Below are positions 56,188 to 64,000 of a stretch of 64,000 nt of DNA, one piece after another. Every line of letters starts with the position of its first letter. Positions within the stretch are counted from its first letter, which is position 1. A program made the position numbers and the translations under genes. The notes under the pieces were generated by a model, which worked only from the letters and a program-made list of their open reading frames with translations, made no database searches and had not been told where the DNA came from. This DNA comes from Octopus vulgaris (Eukaryota): the NCBI GenBank assembly GCA_951406725.2, contig OX597818.1, forward strand, positions 87,668,001 through 87,732,000. Direction: 5' to 3'.

Positions 56188-56766
56188 AAAGTTAAAGAAG
56201 TGATTTTAAATTCTCAAACGCAGGATAATGCTAATAATATAGCCTGAACAGGATAAGCTACCCCTATTTTGCAGAAAAAAGTGTTGGCGACCGGCAGGGG
56301 TAGCTTAAACATGTTCAGACTATATTATTAGCATTATCCTGCATTTGGTGGAGGCGCAATGGCCCAGTGGTTAGGGCAGCGGACTCGCGGTCGTTGGATC
56401 GCGGTTTCGATTCCCAGACCGGGCGTTGTGAGTGTTTATTGAGCGAAAACACCTAAAGCTCCACGAGGCTCCGGCAGGGGATGGTGGTGATCCCTGCTGT
56501 ACTCTTTCTCTCACTCTTACTTCCTGTTTCTGTTGTACCTGTATTTCAAAGGGCCGGCATTGTCACTCTCTGTGTCACGCTGAATATCCCCGAGAACTAC
56601 GTTAAGGGTACACGTGTCTGTGGAGTGCTCAGCCACTTACACGTTAATTTCACGAGCAGGCTGTTCCGTTGATTCGGTTCAACCGGAACCCTCGTCGTCG
56701 TAACCGACGGAGTGCAAAGAAAGAAGAATCCTGCATCTGAGAATTTAAAATCACTTCTTTAACTTT
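56188..56766. mobile_element. MITE-like fold-back element (~78-bp arms) split by a SINE
   Basis: 56188-56265 pairs with 56296-56347 + 56740-56766. Confidence 0.75.
56348..56727 (+). mobile_element. SINE family 3 variant with 12-bp TSD
   Basis: tRNA head ggcgcaatggcccagtggttagggc..ggtttcgattccc; TSD atcctgcat(t/c)tg at 56336 and 56728. Confidence 0.9.
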
Positions 56767-56968
56767 ATAAATATTTTCATCAAATCAAGCGGGACTAAAA
56801 ACTCCAAGGAACTCGATATAAATAAGTATAACAATCTCTTGTCTGACTGTGTCTCACGCTTACAAGGTTAAATACTAGTCTGTTGCACTGGAATTAGAGC
56901 AGGAATTCGGGGAAGGGTTGCTCACTGGAATGTATTATCTTCAGTACTTGACTGGAGCTTTATTTTAA

Positions 56969-57110
56969 TCTCTTTTACTCTTTTACTTGTTTCAGTCATT
57001 TGACTGCGGCCATGTTAGAGCACCGCCTTTAGTCGAGCAAATCGATCCCAAGACTTATTCTTGTAAGTTTAGTACTTATTCTATCGGTCTCTTTTGCCGT
57101 ACTGCTAAGT

Positions 57111-57209
<99 letters not shown>

Positions 57210-57372
57210 TATATACATATATACGACGGGCTTCTTTTCAGTTTCCGTCTAGCAAATTCACTCACAAGGCTTTGGTCGGCCCGAGGCTATAATAGAAGAC
57301 ACTTGCCCAAGGTGACACACAGTGGGACTGAACCCGGAACCATGTGGTTGGTAAGCAAGCTACTTACCACAC
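56969..57372 (-). mobile_element. SINE family 1
   Basis: Matches family consensus. Confidence 0.85.
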
Positions 57373-57489
57373 ATTCACTTCACAAGGTTGAACTGTAGAG
57401 AGCATTAAAAAATACCACAAGGCCTTTCGGCGAACTAACAGTTGCGCTAATCCAGAGTCTTTCATGATGTGCATAATAATCCTTAATAT

Positions 57490-57716
57490 TCCAGGCAGAA
57501 GGCCAGGAATTTTGAGGGGAGGGGCTAAGTTAATTATATTGATTTCTGCTCCTCACCGCACCACCATCAGTGCTCAAGCTGGTACGTATTTTATGGATCC
57601 CGAAAGGATAAAAGTTAAAGGTGTCCTCGGCGGAATTTGAACTCTGAACGTAAGAACGATGAAATGCCGCTAAGCATTTTGTCTGATGTGTTAATGACTT
57701 TACCAGCTCACCGCCT
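57490..57716 (-). mobile_element. SINE family 2 (diverged)
   Basis: cggcggaatttgaactc..gaaatgccgctaagcattt..cagctcaccgcc. Confidence 0.65.
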
Positions 57717-57799
57717 TTGTGCTGTGCATACCAATGTTAACGTTGCTGTAATAGGCCTTAGTGTTAAATTCTATATAGACAGTGAACGAATCTTCTTAC

Positions 57800-59520
57800 A
57801 ACTTAAAAGCCATATTTCACACTAAAAACCATAAAGCTAATTTTCACAAGCATTCCATAATTAGATTCATTCAGCAACACCATTAAACCTAACCTGAGCA
57901 TAGTGAGTAAAAAACGAAAACATATTAGATGATACAATTTTACCCCAAATTACAGAACATTCTGATTTACCCTTTTAAAACAGCACCAACGTCACAATCT
58001 ATTGAATCCAAATTATACACAATCAAAACCAATTCTACTTCCTTTAATTTGATATCTGTAATTATTACTTATCTACAACCAAGCAACTTTTTTTAAATGT
58101 TATCCATTACGCCAAATCTATCGTTCAGATTACATCAGATAAATCAGCTCAGTACTCCTTCTCCACAAATTACCAAGGCTTTAAAAGGTTCTGCCGAGCG
58201 GACTGATATAACCCGTCTATACATTTTCCGAAAGATCCTGTTAGTTTCAGGAGTTTTCTTCAACTCACAAACTTTAATCTAAACGTTACTTTGAAACTTA
58301 CCCACCATAAGGCCCAAGGAAATAATATTTTGTATTTATAGGATTGTCTAACCACCGGAACATTATTTCAAATTACTTAGTAAAAATTATTTCATTGATA
58401 ATATCTGCCCACTCTTCTAAGGCGAAGGTTTTCAAAGATTCTGCACCTCATTATAATGAGGCACGTAGGAATAGTGGGCATAAGAACATTGCCTTTTTTA
58501 AAAGATAACCTCAGAGGTCCAGATATACAACAAAGTGTTCTCACGTATAACCCACTGTCCATATCAGCAAAATATTTCCTTTTTAGTTAATAAACACTTA
58601 TCACTACAAATAACATAGACTTTTAAACGGAAACACAACGGAACTTTCTTATTCGATCACGCACAACTTTTTGTAAATGATATAAAACTCTATCTTAGCT
58701 AAAATTAACAAAATAAACCATTATCCCTCGAACTTAAATTTTAACTGCTCTGCTTCGAATAACTGACCATCAGAGACAATGTTTAAACTAACAACTTGAA
58801 TACAAGGCTGGGACGATTACTCCTATTCTCTCCTTTTCCTATGACGATTTCGTAGTGAACGATGACAAATCTATATTTACTCCATGCAAAATTAATTTCA
58901 AACATCAACAAAAAAAAAATCGGCCACATCTTTTTCTTATTATAAATGGAAACTGAAATATTCAAACACAACATTCAATATTTCCTGGGAAATACTTTCT
59001 GGAACAAAACCATATAACAAGGAAACATAATGAGACATATTCTGTTGTGTCTGGGGAGTCATTTCCTTTTTGTGCCTTATAATATAACACACTCACCTGT
59101 AAAATTTCCACTTTTTTTTCTTATTTTTATTTTCCTAAAATTTTCGTTGCGTCTTGAAACCTTTTCAATAGTCAAAATTATTTTGCAAGACGCAACGAAA
59201 ATTTTAGGAAAATAAAAATAAGAAAAAAAAAGTGGAAATTTTACCGCTGAGTGTGTTATATTATAAGGCACAAAAAAGAAAATGACTCTCCCCAGACTCA
59301 ACAGAATATGCTTCAACACACGAACTCACATAAAGAATCTTGTAACCAAATCCCAAAACGAAATATAATGTGACATATAATAAGAAAGCGTGTAATAAGG
59401 AGACATATCACTTGTGTTTTCAAAAGAATTTCGAAACACTTTTTTCTTATGCAAACTATTAAATAGAAATTCGAAACTTACCTTTACCTGTCAAAATTAG
59501 ACCTAGGAATATTTTCCAAA
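57800..59520 (+). pseudogene. Heavily decayed Penelope-like element ORF (RT C-terminus and linker toward GIY-YIG)
   Basis: Fragments SNH, SSKAKVFKDSAPHYNEARRNSGH, YNP, LNGNTTELSYS and LLNRNS resemble PLE RT thumb/linker/end motifs; many frameshifts. Confidence 0.6.
59031..59315. mobile_element. Inverted pLTR-like fragment (~125-bp arms) with U3:A8 HHR at 59135-59171 (-)
   Basis: Arms are reverse-complementary; cta TTGAAAA g gtt(t/g)c-aagac-gcaac GAAA at TT tag. Confidence 0.7.
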
Positions 59521-60344
59521 TCTAGGAATCCTTTCCAAACCTTTTAAGTTCACAAACCGATGAACGACTCTGTTCGTATACATAACTCTGTATAATTATT
59601 TAAATACTTTATAGCAATTTTATAATAATTTCTACTTAATTTTAATTGCGAATATTTATGTTGTGAAAAACTTACCTTAGAGTTATTCTTTCCGATTTAG
59701 ATATCTCAATTTTCTACATGATGTGGCGTCTGAGCTTCGTTGGGGTGTATTTATGTTGTCGTTTTAAATCCAAGTTGGTGTTTGTATTCATGTGATTAAA
59801 TTTTCGTAAATAAATCTATAACATCCCATCCTCGCATAGACACAAAGGTGAACGGTTTTATATTTTATATTTAACATTAATACTGATATATTCATTTAAT
59901 TTAAAGTGACCACATCTGACTGTGTACTGAGTTTGTATCTGTCTGTGTGTGTGCGATTGTGTGTATGTGTGCGCGCGCGGGTATGTGTGTGTATTTGCGT
60001 CTCTGTACGGGGAATTTAATATCTGTATGGATATGTATATGTGAATTACTTCTGCGCATATACATGTAAGTGTATGGGGGTACGTGTGCGTGCGCGACGC
60101 CTGAGTGTGTGTGTGTGTGTGTGTGTGTCTGTTTGTTTGTCTGTGTATATATATGTGTGTGTGTGTGTACGTGCGTGTATACTAGACCTGGTCAATCACT
60201 TTAGATTTACAGTAATAGAGGGAACCTGAATACGAAATTAATTAGATATTTTAAGAAATTTTACTTCCTGTTGATACACATATGAATATGTGTCTGTGTG
60301 TGAATGCGTGTGTGCGTATATGTATGTATGTATACATGTCTGCA

Positions 60345-60434
<90 letters not shown>

Positions 60435-60459
60435 CACACACACACATATATATATATAT

Positions 60460-60775
60460 GATACAAAATGGTACAAGAACGCAAAACATCCGAGCAATTA
60501 GATGATACAAAGCGGAACAACAAAACATCCAGATAGGCGATACAAAACAAACAAGGACAGGTCATTCGAAGCTTTCTACCCTCAATCAAGGACCGGATCA
60601 TCCTCGCAAGTTCGATTGATTAATCTTGTGATTGCTCCAATCTGGCCAGCCCCAGGGAAAAACTAAGCTAAGAGCATTAGATTCCTTGGAAGGAAGCATC
60701 GAATGTATACGAAAACAAGGGCGGAAAACAGACGATGTTACACAAATATAAATACAAAATACAATAATAATAATC

Positions 60776-60825
<50 letters not shown>

Positions 60826-61015
60826 CATAATAATAATAATAATAACAGGACATAACAACAGGTGTCTTTCGACTGGGGACGAATTGAATTCAGCTGGCGT
60901 GTGTGGAAATGAAGCTTTACGGCAGAGATACAAAACTTTCACAAATACAGGGATGGTTTGTTGTCCCTTTTTGTATCACTTATTTGTCCGGATGTTTTGC
61001 GTTCTTGTCCCATTT

Positions 61016-61020
<5 letters not shown>
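60460..61020 (-). mobile_element. Family D element with terminal inverted duplication, in (TA)n
   Basis: 60955-61020 is approximately the reverse complement of 60460-60525. Confidence 0.7.
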
Positions 61021-61070
<50 letters not shown>

Positions 61071-61087
61071 CGGCGTATGTACACTTT

Positions 61088-61195
<108 letters not shown>

Positions 61196-61382
61196 TCAGA
61201 GGTGCTGACATAAAGGACTGTCCAATAACTAAAACTTCGAAAAAATTTCTTTTATAACTTCACCGATTTAACTCGGCCTAGATTCATAACTAACTATTAT
61301 TTTTTTGAAAAGGATAAAGGAAAGAAAAAGAGAAAAAGAAAAAACAGCATTCTCTTCTTCAATTTAGTGCTATTTAGATCGG

Positions 61383-61437
<55 letters not shown>

Positions 61438-61765
61438 CACATTAATCATGTGAACTTCCGCTTCGGCGATCATGGCTGACACTAGTAACAATAACAAAGC
61501 CAAAACCGACCGGACCACCAAATCTGTGAGTTATCGAAGTCAGCAGGACTATTCCTATCACTTCATTTGGTCACTACTTAATTGAATAAAGATTTATTTC
61601 ACTATTATTAAAACAAAGAAAAGAAAACATATGAGGAAATCATTATATATTGGGCCATCTCAAACGATTAAAGGATTATATAGTGACGAAGAAATTCAAC
61701 CAAACTTAAACCGATTCACAGTTTACACAATTTCGACAACTGACATCTTTCTTTGTCTGAAAAAG

Positions 61766-61813
<48 letters not shown>

Positions 61814-61850
61814 GTATCTATATCTGTATCTATATCTATATCTATATCTA

Positions 61851-62053
<203 letters not shown>

Positions 62054-62547
62054 ATGTATGTATGTATGTATGTATGTATGTATGTATGTATGTATGTATG
62101 TATGAATGCATGTATGTATGTATGTATGCATGTATGTATATGTGTGTGTGTGTGTGTGTAGTTTCAGACGACGAATATTATTCCATCTCCTGATTTTCAA
62201 AACACATTCATCCAAAATTAGCGAAAGTTTTCACGCGAATAAAATAGAAAAATAAAAAACGACTAATGGAAGCCATTATCGCTATCATTGCTATTACATA
62301 AACAACAACAACACCATTTGTTTACGCACACATACATGCATTCACACACACACACACACACGCGCACACATATGCAAACACATACTTGCGCATATAATCA
62401 CATTTTTTCACGTAAAAATAAGCCAGCGGAGGAATTGTAACATATAGTCTGCGAATGATGGATTGAGCTAAACTGCGTATGGGTGATTTTCTTGTGTTTT
62501 AGTGAAAACTCTTTCGTCGCCTCGTTGTACAACTTTTCCATCACACA

Positions 62548-62597
<50 letters not shown>

Positions 62598-62823
62598 TGT
62601 ATACATACATGCATATATATACATATATAAAGATATATAACATATATATGCACACGCACGCACACACACACTCCCACACATACACTCACACACACAGATA
62701 AATTCATACACACACTCCCACACATACACTCACACACACAGACACACTCATATACACACTCTCACACATACACACACTCACACACACACACACTCACACA
62801 CATACATGTATACATGTAATTTG

Positions 62824-63133
62824 GTGCTCCATCAGTTACGACGACGGGTATCTCAGTCAATCCGATCAAGAGAACAGCTTCCTGGTGTAATTAACGAACA
62901 CGTGCCTGTGTACACCTCATTTAATGTACCTTTAATGTGTACCTTTAATGTAGTTCTCAGAGAGATTCGTTGTTATACACAATGTGACAAGGTTGGCACC
63001 TTTGAATTACAGATACTGCTCATTTTTGCCAGCTAAGTAGACTGGGGCATAATGAAATAAAGTTTCTACTCACAGGGAATCGAACTCATGACCCTACGAT
63101 CGTGCGCCGAAAACGCTAACCACTAAGCCACGC
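62824..63133 (-). mobile_element. SINE family 3 (diverged)
   Basis: gcgtggcttagtggttagcg head on minus strand. Confidence 0.7.
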
Positions 63134-63147
63134 GACGTCATACACAC

Positions 63148-63282
63148 ACACGCTCACGCACACGCTCACGCACACGCTCACGCACACGCTCACGCACACG
63201 CTCACGCACACGCTCACGCACACGCTCACGCACACGCTCACGCACACGCTCACGCACACACTCACGCACACGCTCACGCACA
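63148..63282. repeat. 12-bp minisatellite (ACACGCTCACGC)n
   Basis: About 11 units visible. Confidence 0.95.
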
Positions 63283-64000
63283 CACATTTGGCTATGTACA
63301 TACATACACACATACTTACATACTATACTGTACTATTGAGAAATCTGTAGTTACAAGTTCAAGGCCCTGGGATATGTAACACACTGCATAAATACCAATC
63401 TTGAGAAATGAAACTTCTCAAATCAGAAAGGAGACAGCTAATACGATACCTACAAATCCAATCCATCACTGGAACAGTAAAAATCTGTAAAACTTTCCAG
63501 AAGTTTATCATTTAAATATATATGAGCATGTCTAGATATGCAACTATCTGCAAGAGAATACATACATAAAACATACAAATCTGCACATATGCATACCTAC
63601 ATACATATCAGTCAAAAAGTAGTCTGACCAAATATTCCATGTGAAATGCAACACGATTTGGGAATGAATGGTTCCACTATGTACTACGTCGACTTGTACG
63701 CAAGAACACGCGGTACATTACAGGAATTTCACATTGTCCTTTGATTTAATATTGTTTCAGATAGCGTAAATTTTGCACAACGTAAACCTTCAATGAGGTG
63801 CGAAAATATGTTTCTATATAAAAGACTAGTTAGCAATCCAGGATAAAATTAATTATATAGGTAAATACTTAACAGACCTTAATGATTAATATTAATTACA
63901 AGAAGCAGCAAAAAAAAAAAAGGAAAAAAACTCAGATTTATAATCCTTAACAAAATAATTGTTATGGTGTTCGTTCAAAAAAATAAAAAAACGTGTCTTG

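Overview
Eukaryotic, gene-poor, extremely repeat-rich DNA. The microsatellite load and SINE types suggest an octopod cephalopod (Octopus-like); this is inference. No intact host gene is visible, and almost all listed ORFs are microsatellite artefacts. The window holds dozens of tRNA-derived SINE copies from 3 main families, a 5'-truncated RTE-clade LINE with three C-terminal C2H2 fingers, an inverted RTE remnant, an L1/Tx1-like 3' end, a decayed Penelope-like (PLE) ORF, and mariner/Tc1/hAT scraps. The main hidden signal is at least 14 minimal type I hammerhead ribozyme (HHR) motifs from about 10 unrelated sequence families. They lie in short non-coding elements mostly embedded in (TA)n or (AAT)n tracts and are arranged as tandem and/or inverted repeats, like PLE pseudo-LTRs or retrozymes. 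Examples are near-identical 360-nt and 559-nt HHR-delimited monomers, U3:A8 core variants and a tRNA-head + HHR chimeric SINE. All structures were read by eye, and coordinates of degenerate repeats are approximate.
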